This document shows, piece by piece, positions 1 to 10,455 of a DNA stretch of 64,000 nucleotides (positions are counted from its first letter, which is position 1; every line of letters begins with the position of its first letter). Source of the stretch: Candidatus Eiseniibacteriota bacterium (GTDB lineage Bacteria > Eisenbacteria > RBG-16-71-46 > CAVPCR01); the NCBI GenBank assembly GCA_963823555.1, contig CAWGMA010000001.1:1888001-1952000 (forward strand). The letters run 5' to 3'. The notes below the pieces were generated by a model, which did not search any database, had not been told where the DNA came from, and saw only the letters and a program-made list of their open reading frames with translations. A program made the position numbers and the translations under genes.

Positions 1-2
1 CA

Positions 3-1241
3 GATCCGGTTGGTGATGGGATCGCCCAGGGGGACCCGCGTGCTGACCCGATGCGGCAGGACCTTGGCGAAGGCGAAGTTGTAGCTGGCCACGATGGCCG
101 GACGCAACATGGCCATCGAAGCGATGTTGAGCACGACGAGCAGGACGGCGACCAGGGCGAAGCGATCGGACCCGAAACGGACACGAATCCAGATGAGTGC
201 CGCCGGCACGAGGACCAGGAAGGTCGAGTGGAAGTGGCGGGAGGGAGTGGGATTGGGCAACCAGAGGATCAGGCTCGGCACGAGCACGGCCCAGGCGGCG
301 AAGCTGAAAGCCCAATCGCGACGGCGAATGGCGGTGAGGACGCCGATCCCGCCAAGCACAAGGAGGAGCGGCCCGAGACCGGTGGCCCATGCCACGACGC
401 CCTTCAGGAACGGGCGCGCGCCGATCGGGGCCAGATGTTCCTTGAGCAACGCGCCGGCGCTGACCGCACCCTCGAGCGTGCTTCCGGGAACCGGGACCAT
501 CCGCTCCGGAGCGATGGCCATCACCTTCGACTGGAGAGCGAGGAACGTCCCGATGGTCACGACAGCGACCAGCACTCCCCCACCCACAATGCGGAGATTC
601 GCCGCCCGCCGGGTGACGAGCGCCGTATCGCGCGCAATCATGATCCCCAGGAGCGGCAGGAGCGGCAGGAGAACCATGGAGGTCGCCCGGAGGATCGCCG
701 CGGCCAGGGCCGCAACAACGGCCGCAGCCAGGGACCACCACCCTCCAGTCGCACGGGGCGCGAAACCGCAGAGGAAGAAGGCCAGCGCGAGATTCGAGCA
801 GAGAAAAGCCGGGCCCGCCGGGTGACCGTACCCCCCGATCTCGAGGAGGACCGGGCTCGTGGCCAGAAGCACAGCGGCTGCGACCGCCATGGCTGGTCCC
901 CACAACCGGCTCATCCACAGGACGAGCGGCACGAACGAGCCTGCCACGCTCAGCATGCTGAGCCAGTTCATGAGCAAGGAGAGTCGCGCGGGATCGGAGA
1001 GCAGACCCCGGGGCATCACTAGAAAGAGGGCGTAGTAGCCGAAGCTCACGGCGCGCCCGTAGAGATCGCGGGCCCCCAGCCCCTCCCCGCTCCGGATCGC
1101 ATGGGCCAGCCCATAGCTCATGCGAACGCTATCGGGCTCGACGACGCTGGAGTAGCCGAGGAGGATCTGGAGGGACAGGAAGATCGCGGCGATGAGAAGC
1201 CCCGCACTCGACGCCACCCGGCTCGCGGACCTGGCTTTCAC
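3..1241 (-). CDS. Polytopic membrane protein, probably GT-C fold (ArnT/PMT-like) glycosyltransferase; 3' end runs off the window
   Basis: Not in the ORF track because it has no stop in the window. Manual translation from GTG at 1241 (preceded by GGAGGAG) gives MKARSASRVASSAGLLIAAIFLSLQILLGYSSVVEPDSVRM..., open to the window edge, with many hydrophobic segments and an acidic EPD motif after TM1. Confidence 0.6.
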   Translation of the reverse strand, partial: MKARSASRVASSAGLLIAAIFLSLQILLGYSSVVEPDSVRMSYGLAHAIRSGEGLGARDLYGRAVSFGYYALFLVMPRGLLSDPARLSLLMNWLSMLSVAGSFVPLVLWMSRLWGPAMAVAAAVLLATSPVLLEIGGYGHPAGPAFLCSNLALAFFLCGFAPRATGGWWSLAAAVVAALAAAILRATSMVLLPLLPLLGIMIARDTALVTRRAANLRIVGGGVLVAVVTIGTFLALQSKVMAIAPERMVPVPGSTLEGAVSAGALLKEHLAPIGARPFLKGVVAWATGLGPLLLVLGGIGVLTAIRRRDWAFSFAAWAVLVPSLILWLPNPTPSRHFHSTFLVLVPAALIWIRVRFGSDRFALVAVLLVVLNIASMAMLRPAIVASYNFAFAKVLPHRVSTRVPLGDPITNRI

Positions 1242-1297
1242 CCGTTCTCCTCCCCGGCGCCGCCCCTCCTCCCTGGACCGACCGCTGGAGAAGCGGA

Positions 1298-2236
1298 CTA
1301 CGGGTCGTATAACAGACTCACCATCACCTCGCCAACTGCGGACAGGCTCGCCGCCGAGCACTTGTCCGGCGTGTCGGCAATGGTGTGCCAGTGAGGATAG
1401 TCGAAGTCGATGATGTCGATGGCGGGGATCCCGGCCTCGAGGAACGGCACATGGTCGTCGTAGACGTGATGTCGCACGTCGAGCTTGAACTCGTCAAAGC
1501 CGAGCGCAGCCGCACGTCCCCAGACGGTGCGCACGAGGTCGGGGGCATAGGTCATGGAGTAGCCCTCGACGTGAAGGGTCAAGTCGCGATCCCCGATCAT
1601 ATCGAGAACGATGACATACGCCGGTCGTGGCGCCCGCATGCGGCGCACGTGTTCACGCGAGCCCAGGCAATAGGTCGTGAGCGAGTCCTGCATCCCGCCG
1701 TCCTCGCCGTCAAAGAGAACGAGATCCACTCCCACGCCGGGCGGGCGCTCGTGGAGGAGTTCGGCCAGGTGGAGCAGCACGGCGCAGCCCGCTGCGCCGT
1801 CATTGGCCCCCAGGACCGGCTCGAGCCGGCGGTCGGGATCGGGATCCTCATCGGCATGCGGCCGCGAGTCCCAGTGCGCTCCGATCAGGACTCGGGGACT
1901 CCTCCCGGGCCCGAACCGGGCCACGATGTTGGTGAGACGAATCCCCGCCGCATAGGGCGGGCTCGCCGCCGGAAACTCCTCGAGCTCGACCTGGTCGGCC
2001 GTCCCCTCAAACCGGCTGGCCAGCTCATCCCGCGCCCGGTCGTGGGCCTTGGTCCCCGGAACGCGCGGCCCGAGGGCACACAGTTCCTCGAGCAGAGCAA
2101 ACGCCCTCTCACCCGAGAAGCGCGGCAAATCGGCGCCCGCAACCGCCGCGTCCCCACCGGCGGCGAGGACGGCGATCACCACCCCGACAGCCACCCGGCT
2201 CCAGACCTGTGTTCGCCTCCCCAATGTGGCCTCCAC
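1298..2236 (-). CDS. M28 family peptidase / glutaminyl-peptide cyclotransferase-like, exported
   Basis: Motifs GAHWDSRPHAD, GANDGAAG, FDGEDGG, DMIGD, DDHVPF, HWHTIADT; hydrophobic N-terminus; starts 4 nt after the sprA stop. Confidence 0.85.
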   Translation of the reverse strand: MEATLGRRTQVWSRVAVGVVIAVLAAGGDAAVAGADLPRFSGERAFALLEELCALGPRVPGTKAHDRARDELASRFEGTADQVELEEFPAASPPYAAGIRLTNIVARFGPGRSPRVLIGAHWDSRPHADEDPDPDRRLEPVLGANDGAAGCAVLLHLAELLHERPPGVGVDLVLFDGEDGGMQDSLTTYCLGSREHVRRMRAPRPAYVIVLDMIGDRDLTLHVEGYSMTYAPDLVRTVWGRAAALGFDEFKLDVRHHVYDDHVPFLEAGIPAIDIIDFDYPHWHTIADTPDKCSAASLSAVGEVMVSLLYDP

Positions 2237-2240
2237 CTGG

Positions 2241-5200
2241 CTAGAAATTGAAGACGATCGATCCGCCGAGCGAGATCGTCCGCAGTTTCTGCCCGGTCTT
2301 GTTGTTGTTATTGCGCCCCAGGTTCAAGCTCAGGTCGCCATCGATGTTGCGCCGGAACTTGTAGGTGACCCCCGTCCGGATCGATGTCGTGGTCCCATCG
2401 CGGTTCAGCGTCGCGGCCTGCCCGCGCCGCCCACTCTCCGAGCGATCAGTCGAGTAGTTGAGATCGGTATTGAACACGAGATCGGACTTGAGCGTGATGG
2501 GCTTGTCCTGCCATGGCAGCTTGAGTCCGCTCGAAGGATCGAAACGCTTGGAGATGTTGAACTGGAATTGCCGCCGTGTCGAGGCCGTGAAGCGACCGAG
2601 TCCGGCTTCATCGTCACGATCCTCGGTACCGGTCGAGCTGACCCGAGCGCGCAGCGTCCAGCCGGCACCCACGGTTCCGTTCAATCCGAGGAGCGGGTTC
2701 CAGTCCCGGCGCTCGGTCACGCTCTGGGTCACGAACCCCTTGGGTCCGTTCTCGGATACATCGCGGGTGTAGCGGGATTCGAGGTTCAAGGTCCGGAAGA
2801 AGCGTGCCATCTGTGGAATCCGCGTCTGGAAGGAGCGCCAGCTCAGATCGAGCTGCGGCCAGGTGACGGTGCGCCCTTCGCGGGGGGTCGTGAACGTCTG
2901 CTCGCTCTCACGCCGGCTCCAGGCATAGGTGAGATTCGTCGAGATGCCGACGTTGAAGTCGTACCCGGTGCCGAAGGAAGCATTGCGGGTCTTGCCCAGC
3001 GTCTCCCGGCCGCGGCGGCTGAGCACCACGTCCGGCCCCGGATCCATCGACAACCCGAGCTGATACAACCAGTTGGGAACCCCGTTGGCATAGCCGTAGT
3101 CGTGGTTGTTGTTGACGGAGAGGCTGGCCCGGATATCGCGGAACTTGCCCACCCGGCCCAGCTGGCGCTGGGTGCGGGCCATGGGGCCCAGCGCCGAGTC
3201 CGGACCGGCCACCGAGCCGGTCCCGGTGAGCATCGTGATCGGGACGTTGAACCCAGCGCTCAAGGTCTGGTTGGCATTGAGGTTGCGAACCTGCTCTCGA
3301 TCTCCCGCCAGCTGCAGGTTCGGATTGTGGTCATCCCCCGAACCGCCCCTGAAGCTCAGGTTGGGAGCTACCTGGCGCAGCACGGGCGGGTTCCAGGTCA
3401 CATCGAGATTCTGCCGGCGCACGATCTCCCAGCCGATATTGAGCCCGCCGAGCCAGGGAGCCGGATTCTCGAAGGTGAGGTCGCGCCGGGAATCGATGCG
3501 GTAACTCGTGCGCACCGAGCGAATCGGGGTCAAGCTGGTCGAGCCGTTCAGGTTGGCGTCCTTCTGGAACACGGCGGCCACCAGCGGGCTCACGTTCGGA
3601 TCGTCGAGGTTGCGATCGAATGTGAAGATGCGGTTCGAGTTGAGGCGGGCGCCGAGCGAGACATTGTCGGGGTAGTAGCGGATCTCGCTCTTGCCGAGGC
3701 GCATCGGCTTGAGCGTCGGCGTGATGTTGTAAGCCAGCCCGAGATTGACCGTGCGCGAGGAATCCCGGCGCGTCTGCGACAGGCCCCGGCGATCGCTGAG
3801 ACTGAAATCGGCTCGCATGGCATCCAGCGTGTACTTCATCACCCCGCGCTGGTTGCCGGTGCGGCTGAAGTTGACCGAGTAGCCGCGCTGGTTCTGGCCG
3901 CGGGATTGGTCCAGGCTCTGATCTGGAGTCAGGATGACATCATCCCCGGCCCTGAACTCGGGCAGCTCCGTGCTCTCGATGAAGTTGAAGGCGAAGGGGA
4001 GCTTCACCCCCGAGGTCTCGAAGAACTTGTGCACGTTGATGAGGGAGCGGATGGCGTAATCCCGCTGCTTCGACCCGGAGCCGCGCGAGACGGTGCGCTG
4101 GCCGCCCGATCCGATCGAGAGGAAGTCCTCATCGCGGCGGAGCATATTGCCTGTGATCGTCATGAAATCGGCGAAGCCGGCCGTGACCTCGAGTCGGCTC
4201 GCGGTTCCGATGTCGCGGATGACATCCCCCACCCGCACGTCATCGAACCACACCGACCCGAACTGCGGGACATCGGAGATGTTGCGCACGCCGAAGGCGA
4301 GCCGGCGGAGGCGAGTCAGGGACGGGCGGCCGACGAAGCGGAGCAACCGGCCATCCGCCAGGCGCTCCTCCCCGCAGGGCAGGAGCTGCCCCGCCACCGA
4401 GCAGCTGTCGCTGGCGCTGTCTCGCAACTTGATCTGAGAGAGGTCCGCAATGGCGATGATCTGCTGCGTCCACCCCTCCTGGACGGGGCTTGCCACTTCA
4501 TAGTAGTTGAGCGAGTCGGTACCGAAGCGGACGAACGCCTCCACGCCGGTCGCCGGATCATTGGTGTAGGGGTTGCGACCGCCGTAGACGTACCACCGCA
4601 GCGTCTCGTAGAGGGTCAGATCGCGATCGTTGGCGGCGGCCCGGAAGGCGGAGCCCTCGTTCCCGGGCTGCAGATTCAGGTAATCGAGACCCAGCGACTG
4701 CTCCCGCTCGACGATGCGGTTCTGCTCCTCGAGGGGGAAGGGCGGCACATACTCGTTGGCGTCTTCCTTGTTGTTGATCGCCCGGAGCTTGACCACCTCT
4801 CCGGCCACCGCTGCGATCGGATTCCCGGTCGCCGCCTCGCGCAGCGGCTCCTCCTTGTAGAGATTGCCCAGCACATCGATGGAGGCCACCTGGATCAGCT
4901 TTTGGCCCGGGAACCCGCTGAACCAGAGCCGGAAATGCCGCACCGAAGCCAGGCTCGGCGCGCCGACCGGCACCCCGACCTCGACCGGGATCCGGAACAG
5001 ACGCCAGCCGTTGGGTCCATTCTCGGGGGAATCGGCCACGCCGAAATCATCGTACACGTCGGCGGCCACGAACAGCGTGTCGGCGAGGTGGATGGTGAAC
5101 TGATAGTAGTTGTTCGAGGAGTCGCGCTGAAAGGTCAGGTCGCGGTTGATGTCCTCGTCGTCGAGATGGCTGTTCTCCTCGAAGCGGTTGACAAGGGCGT

Positions 5201-8200
5201 AACGCTGCGGATTGTTGGGCTCGTCCTCGGCGTCCTCGCGGTCCAGGTCGAAGTCATCCTGGTTGGGGTCCGGATTGGTCTGCGAGTTGTAGCCGGGCTC
5301 GAACGGGCTCAGGAGCGTGTCGAAGCCGGTGTCCTCGAAGATCTGCTCGGAGCGATCGAGAATCCCATCCTGGTTCGAATCCTCAGACTCCCAGCGGCCG
5401 TTCGGCAGCGCGCGTTCAGACCACTCGGCGTCCTCGTTGACGATTCCGAGATCGATGTGCATCAGAGGGTCACCATCGCGCAGATCCGGATCGCGAAAAT
5501 CGTTGATCCAGATCTCGATGAACTGCTTGCGGCTGAAATCGGCGCCAACCGCGGAGACCCCCTGGGTCAGGCCGACCCAGGTTTCGAGCGGGGGGATCGT
5601 TCCCAGGGTGTCGCTCGCCACTTGCGGCGTGACCTCCATGGTCAACACGGTCTTCCGGTCGTCCCCCTCCTCCGGCTGCAATTCCGGGAATAGATCGCGC
5701 TCGCGGACCGGCGAGGTGACGGGGTTGTACCAGATGAGCCCGCCGCGCCGGGAGCGGGTCTGACCGGCGAGATAGTGATTGATGTAGATGGAATCGGGCA
5801 CAGCCGCCCACATCCAGTCCTCCCGCTGCAGCGACAGGATCGAGTTGTCCTTGGCCCCCTCGAAGTCGTCGAGGTAGGCGTTGCCCTTGGTGTTGGGGTT
5901 GGGCAGGCTCAGCCCGAGCTCGGCCGAGAGATCGAAACGCGGGTCGGCGAGCGGGCGCACGCCCGGCAGCACGTCCACCAGCCGGTTCAGGACCAGCGGC
6001 TTCGACTGGAAGCCGCCGTTGATGTCCCCGACGATCGTGCGCGACGGCTCCTCACCGAGCTTCGGGCGGCGTTCGGCCACTCCCGCGCTCTCGAACAGCC
6101 AGGTCGTTCCGAAGCGGCGGCCCTTGATCCCCGGATCCCAGGTGGTATTGAACCCCATGAGCGTCTTCTGCCCCAGGGCGAAGAGTGGGGCATAGGCGTA
6201 GTCGATCGACACCTGGGCATTCTCCGGCAGCGGGCGCTGGCCGGTCAGGTTCACGATCCCGGTCTCATAGTCGATCGAGTAGTCGGTGCCGCGCTCGAGC
6301 CGGTTGCCGTCGATGACCACGACCTCGGACCCCTCGAGGATGGTCCCGGGTGCGCTCAGGACGAACTGCGTCTGCGGCGTGGCGTAGACCAGATCGAGGA
6401 AGTACTTGCCATCTTCACCCGGATTGGCGTTGCGCTTGTCGTACACCGCCCGGTTGGCGTCGTCATTGATGAAGAGCCGGGGCCGGACCGGCGGGGTGAC
6501 GTCCAGATCGGCGCGGAAGAAGGGCCACACCGAGTCCTCCGCCGCCGGGGCAAAGGGCCGGAGGTCAGGCAGGATCAAGACACCCACGGACGAGAAGAAG
6601 AAGCCGCGGTCGACGATGTCGTCGGGAGTGGGAGCTCCGGTGCGATCCTCGCGGTCGATTCCCAGGCCGCGCATGTAGGTATCCGTGGCCGAGCCGCCGG
6701 GAAAGCGCACCGGATCTTCCAGGCCCGAGCGCTTGACCGAGAGCTTGATCGAATCGAAATCGATGCCGGTGGCACCCAGATTGTAGATACTGCGCAGCTC
6801 GAGCCGGCGGATGGGGTACCAGTAGTCAAGGCGACTGTAGAACTCCCCATCGAAGATCTCGTATTCCCCGGCGGGAATGTAGATCGCCTTGGCCGCGACC
6901 GAGCCGTCCGGGGTGCGCGACCCGTAGCGGACGATTCGGGTCTCCCCGTTGGGCAGGGTATAGGTCGCCCTGAACGTCGCCGCCAGCACTTCCTGGCTGC
7001 CGATCGAGGTCAGGACATCGAGCACCGGGTACACGTAGCGCTCCTCTTGACCACCTGGCAGCTGCACATCGACGATGTACAGATCGTTGCGGATCGTGAA
7101 GTCCTCTTGCTCGGTGAGTGGATCGAAGAACGTCGACACCGAGTCCCGGGCCGCAGCCGCCCCGGTGCGGGGGTCCAGATAGGCGAAGCCGGGAATGGCG
7201 GCGCCGTTGTTGGTCTGGTTGCGGTCGTCGCGCCACACCTGCAGACTGTCGATCACCGGCGGTGGAATCCATCCGGGATCGCTGATCGGCAGCAACGTCC
7301 CTGAGAGCAGTGGATCCACGGGGTCGACGAGAAAGAAGAATCGCCGCTGGACATACTCGACATCGAAGATCCGGCGTTGCGTCTCCTGCGCATAGCCGAC
7401 GAAGCGATTCGATGCGGTCTGGCCCTCCTGCTTCGAGGCAATGACCGTGAGGCCGATGTCACCGAACTGCGACAGCGTCTTGATTCCGAACAGGCCTTGA
7501 TGCTGGCCGTTGTAGCTCACGAACTGCGTGCCGGGGAGGCTCAGGTTCGTGTTCCCCAGCTCGACCGTTCTCATCACCTCGTCTTCATAGCCGGCGTAAC
7601 GGATGGCGATGCGATTGGCAAGATCGGTCTCCGCCTGAGTGTTCTCGATCCAGTCGATCGTCACCTTGTCACCGACCTTGCCGTCGACCTTGACGTTGAG
7701 ATCTTGCCGGAGATCAAGCTGCGGGAACTTGGACTGGCGTTCGGTCTCGCGGCGCGAAGGGTTGGCGTCCCAGCGGCTGGTGCCGGCAATCGTGATTCGC
7801 TCCTGGCCCCGAATCGTGATCGACGCGCCCTTGCCGAGGACGTTCTCAGCCGGCCCCAGGCTTACCGGCGAGGCAAAGGTCATCCCCTGTCCGCCGAGAA
7901 AGGCGCCGCTGGCATCCACCTCGCGGCCGAGGAGGGGCCGCACCTCCTTGGCCACATCCTGCCACCGTCCGGAGTACGTCTGCGCATAGGCGAAATCGCC
8001 GATGTCGCGCGGCAGCGTGTTGCGGATGATCACGTTCTCGTACCGGCTGACCCGCTGGATCGTGCCGGCATCGAGATCGAGCTCGATATCCTCGACGAAT
8101 CCGCCGCCGCGAGTGGGCAACATATAGCGCGATGGAAGCGCTTGGTTCTCCGGGAAGTGGCCCAGGGTGGCGATCTGTGACTGGCGGTCGGCAGCCGGGG

Positions 8201-8825
8201 TGAAGTCCCAGAGTCCGTAGCGGCCGCGACCCCCGGGATCCTGGCTGAGAACGAACGACGGGGCTGGTGGTCCCGCGAACTGGGCGTCATCGGGCAGAGC
8301 GGCCGGAAGAAGGGACTCCGGGGCCGGACGCGGCGGGCCGGTGATCTCCCCGAGACCGGTCTCGCCCGCCGGGGTCCAGCCGGGGACACCCGGGATCTCG
8401 TCGTCGCGGAGAGCGTCCGGAAACTGGACAGCGGTCGAGTCGGGGATCCCGGGCACCTGGAGGGAGCCCTCTCCCGGGCTCCGCGGCACCAAGCTCCCCG
8501 GAGCGGGTGCCGTTCCGGGGAGCCCCTGCCCGCCGGGCGGGGGCTCCTCGCCCGGTACTCCCAGCACTCGGGTCGTATCCGGCAGACTCTCGGCCGGGAG
8601 ACCGGTAGCTGGCGCCCGCGCCGTATCGGGTTCACCCGGTAGGGCTGGCCTCTGGCCGTACCCGACCTGGGCCTTGCCGCTGGGCGTGACGAGGCCGCTC
8701 GCCAGCACCGCCAGGGCGACAGCGAAGACCAGGTGACGTGCGGGATGGGGGCGCGTCCCGGAAATCTGCATCCGAGCTATTTGCGAGGGGGTTTGGAGTC
8801 TCCGCTGGACCCGGCCGGCCTTCAC
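2241..8825 (-). CDS. sprA: Type IX secretion outer-membrane translocon SprA/Sov-like protein (alternative start ATG 8771)
   Basis: About 2200 aa, signal peptide, SprA-like motifs (IAIRYAGYEDEVMRTVELGNTNLSLPGTQFV, GLFGIKT, LERGTDYSIDYETG, AYLDDFEG, GWRLFRIP, GRPSL), beta-rich C-terminus ending in Phe. Confidence 0.85.
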   Translation of the reverse strand: MKAGRVQRRLQTPSQIARMQISGTRPHPARHLVFAVALAVLASGLVTPSGKAQVGYGQRPALPGEPDTARAPATGLPAESLPDTTRVLGVPGEEPPPGGQGLPGTAPAPGSLVPRSPGEGSLQVPGIPDSTAVQFPDALRDDEIPGVPGWTPAGETGLGEITGPPRPAPESLLPAALPDDAQFAGPPAPSFVLSQDPGGRGRYGLWDFTPAADRQSQIATLGHFPENQALPSRYMLPTRGGGFVEDIELDLDAGTIQRVSRYENVIIRNTLPRDIGDFAYAQTYSGRWQDVAKEVRPLLGREVDASGAFLGGQGMTFASPVSLGPAENVLGKGASITIRGQERITIAGTSRWDANPSRRETERQSKFPQLDLRQDLNVKVDGKVGDKVTIDWIENTQAETDLANRIAIRYAGYEDEVMRTVELGNTNLSLPGTQFVSYNGQHQGLFGIKTLSQFGDIGLTVIASKQEGQTASNRFVGYAQETQRRIFDVEYVQRRFFFLVDPVDPLLSGTLLPISDPGWIPPPVIDSLQVWRDDRNQTNNGAAIPGFAYLDPRTGAAAARDSVSTFFDPLTEQEDFTIRNDLYIVDVQLPGGQEERYVYPVLDVLTSIGSQEVLAATFRATYTLPNGETRIVRYGSRTPDGSVAAKAIYIPAGEYEIFDGEFYSRLDYWYPIRRLELRSIYNLGATGIDFDSIKLSVKRSGLEDPVRFPGGSATDTYMRGLGIDREDRTGAPTPDDIVDRGFFFSSVGVLILPDLRPFAPAAEDSVWPFFRADLDVTPPVRPRLFINDDANRAVYDKRNANPGEDGKYFLDLVYATPQTQFVLSAPGTILEGSEVVVIDGNRLERGTDYSIDYETGIVNLTGQRPLPENAQVSIDYAYAPLFALGQKTLMGFNTTWDPGIKGRRFGTTWLFESAGVAERRPKLGEEPSRTIVGDINGGFQSKPLVLNRLVDVLPGVRPLADPRFDLSAELGLSLPNPNTKGNAYLDDFEGAKDNSILSLQREDWMWAAVPDSIYINHYLAGQTRSRRGGLIWYNPVTSPVRERDLFPELQPEEGDDRKTVLTMEVTPQVASDTLGTIPPLETWVGLTQGVSAVGADFSRKQFIEIWINDFRDPDLRDGDPLMHIDLGIVNEDAEWSERALPNGRWESEDSNQDGILDRSEQIFEDTGFDTLLSPFEPGYNSQTNPDPNQDDFDLDREDAEDEPNNPQRYALVNRFEENSHLDDEDINRDLTFQRDSSNNYYQFTIHLADTLFVAADVYDDFGVADSPENGPNGWRLFRIPVEVGVPVGAPSLASVRHFRLWFSGFPGQKLIQVASIDVLGNLYKEEPLREAATGNPIAAVAGEVVKLRAINNKEDANEYVPPFPLEEQNRIVEREQSLGLDYLNLQPGNEGSAFRAAANDRDLTLYETLRWYVYGGRNPYTNDPATGVEAFVRFGTDSLNYYEVASPVQEGWTQQIIAIADLSQIKLRDSASDSCSVAGQLLPCGEERLADGRLLRFVGRPSLTRLRRLAFGVRNISDVPQFGSVWFDDVRVGDVIRDIGTASRLEVTAGFADFMTITGNMLRRDEDFLSIGSGGQRTVSRGSGSKQRDYAIRSLINVHKFFETSGVKLPFAFNFIESTELPEFRAGDDVILTPDQSLDQSRGQNQRGYSVNFSRTGNQRGVMKYTLDAMRADFSLSDRRGLSQTRRDSSRTVNLGLAYNITPTLKPMRLGKSEIRYYPDNVSLGARLNSNRIFTFDRNLDDPNVSPLVAAVFQKDANLNGSTSLTPIRSVRTSYRIDSRRDLTFENPAPWLGGLNIGWEIVRRQNLDVTWNPPVLRQVAPNLSFRGGSGDDHNPNLQLAGDREQVRNLNANQTLSAGFNVPITMLTGTGSVAGPDSALGPMARTQRQLGRVGKFRDIRASLSVNNNHDYGYANGVPNWLYQLGLSMDPGPDVVLSRRGRETLGKTRNASFGTGYDFNVGISTNLTYAWSRRESEQTFTTPREGRTVTWPQLDLSWRSFQTRIPQMARFFRTLNLESRYTRDVSENGPKGFVTQSVTERRDWNPLLGLNGTVGAGWTLRARVSSTGTEDRDDEAGLGRFTASTRRQFQFNISKRFDPSSGLKLPWQDKPITLKSDLVFNTDLNYSTDRSESGRRGQAATLNRDGTTTSIRTGVTYKFRRNIDGDLSLNLGRNNNNKTGQKLRTISLGGSIVFNF

Positions 8826-8979
8826 CGGCCTTGTTGGCTGCGTGCGGCTCTGGCTACACTGCAGCCGCCCTCGAAACGAGGGCGGCTGCGGCCGGAGCCT
8901 AAGGGATACCGAACCGCTTAAGCCAGCTGGCGCTGGGGCTGCCCCCCTCCGTCGGCGCTACCCCTTGGGAGGGAACGGT

Positions 8980-10455
8980 TTGGGCCTGCTGGAGAGGTAC
9001 ATCCTCCGAGAACACCTGGTTCCGTTTCTCATCGGGTTCTCGGTCGTGATCTTCCTCCTCTCGCTCAACTTTCTCTTCCAGTACATGGACCTGTTCATCA
9101 ACAAGCAGGTTCCGGCCCTCACCGTCCTCGAACTGTATCTGCTCGGCACAGGGTGGATGATCGCCCTCGCCGTCCCCTGCGCCTGCCTGGTCGCCTCCCT
9201 CATGACGTTCGGCCGCATGGCCCAGGACAACGAGATCACCGCCCTGCGGGCCGCAGGCGTGAACCTCCTCGCCGTGATCCGCCTCCCGGTCGCGGTCTCG
9301 ATCCTCGTCGCCATCGCGCTCACGCTGTTCAACAACCACATCCTTCCCGAGACCAACCACGCTTTCGCCAACCTGATGATCGACATCGCCAAGAAGAGGC
9401 CGGCCATCGAGATCCAGGAGGGCGTGTTCATCAACGAGTTCCCCGGCTACTCGATCCTGATCGGACGACTCGACCATGCCACGTCGCGGATGGAGAAGAT
9501 CACCATCTATGAGCTCAAACCGCGCGGCTTGCCGACGACGATCATCGCCAAGCGGGGGCGTCTCTGGTATGCCGAAGGCGGCAACACGCTGACGCTGGAA
9601 CTCGAGGATGGAGAGATCCACGAAGTGCCCGAGGGAAAGCAGGAGGGAAAGTATCGCCGGCTCGCCTTCCAGAAGCACGTGATCCACATCCAGGGGATCG
9701 CTGGCGAGATCGAACGCACGGCGCGCGAGACGCGCAGTGACCGCGAGATGTCCGCGCGGGCAATGCTGAACGAGGTCCAGTTGCTCCTCGCCCGCCGCCG
9801 CCACGTGATCGCTGATCTCGACACCACCGTGGCCAGCGCTGGCTACCCGAGTTTCGCCGATGCTCGCAAGGCCCTCAATCCGGGCGCGCAGGGGCTGCCG
9901 CGCGTTGCCCAGTGGCTTGGCGGCCTGGTCAAGGGGGGGCCCATGGACCCGCCGATGGCGGGGCCGGACTCCACCGCCAAGGAGCCTCTCCCGCCCACGG
10001 TTGCCGCCAAGGTGCAGGTGAAGGAGGTCGAGCTCAAGGCCATCAACCGGCGAATCAACTCATTCCGGGTCGAGGTCCACAAGAAGTTCGCTATCCCGGT
10101 GGCCTGTGTGATCTTCGTCCTCGTCGGCGCGCCACTCGGTATTCGTGCTCGCCGCGGGGGCGTCACGATCGGCTTTCTGTCCGTCGCCTTCTTCCTCTTC
10201 TACTACATCTGCCTCATCGGTGGGGAACAGCTCGCTGACCGCTCGATCTTGCCGCCGTGGCTCGCGATGTGGATCGCCGACATCGTGCTGGGGGCGCTGG
10301 GCGTGGTGTTCACCTTGCGTGCCACCGAAGTCTCGATGGCAGCAGAGCGGGAGTACCGCCTGGCGGCACGCGCCGGCGGTCCCCGGGCGCTGGCGGTGGC
10401 CGGGGATGCCGCCGGCGAAGCGGCTCATCCGAGCGAGAAAGCTGGCGGCGCGTGA
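8980..10455 (+). CDS. lptF: LPS export ABC transporter permease LptF
   Basis: LLERYILRE start, TFGRMAQDNEITALRAAG, VEVHKKFAIP; TTG start after GGGAGG; tandem with lptG. Confidence 0.85.
   Translation: MGLLERYILREHLVPFLIGFSVVIFLLSLNFLFQYMDLFINKQVPALTVLELYLLGTGWMIALAVPCACLVASLMTFGRMAQDNEITALRAAGVNLLAVIRLPVAVSILVAIALTLFNNHILPETNHAFANLMIDIAKKRPAIEIQEGVFINEFPGYSILIGRLDHATSRMEKITIYELKPRGLPTTIIAKRGRLWYAEGGNTLTLELEDGEIHEVPEGKQEGKYRRLAFQKHVIHIQGIAGEIERTARETRSDREMSARAMLNEVQLLLARRRHVIADLDTTVASAGYPSFADARKALNPGAQGLPRVAQWLGGLVKGGPMDPPMAGPDSTAKEPLPPTVAAKVQVKEVELKAINRRINSFRVEVHKKFAIPVACVIFVLVGAPLGIRARRGGVTIGFLSVAFFLFYYICLIGGEQLADRSILPPWLAMWIADIVLGALGVVFTLRATEVSMAAEREYRLAARAGGPRALAVAGDAAGEAAHPSEKAGGA

Noticed and set aside
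2049..7304. Very long plus-strand ORFs (1214 aa, 509 aa) opposite sprA, and similar antisense ORFs elsewhere
   Set aside because: Shadow ORFs expected from high-GC codon bias; no motifs; fully overlap confident genes
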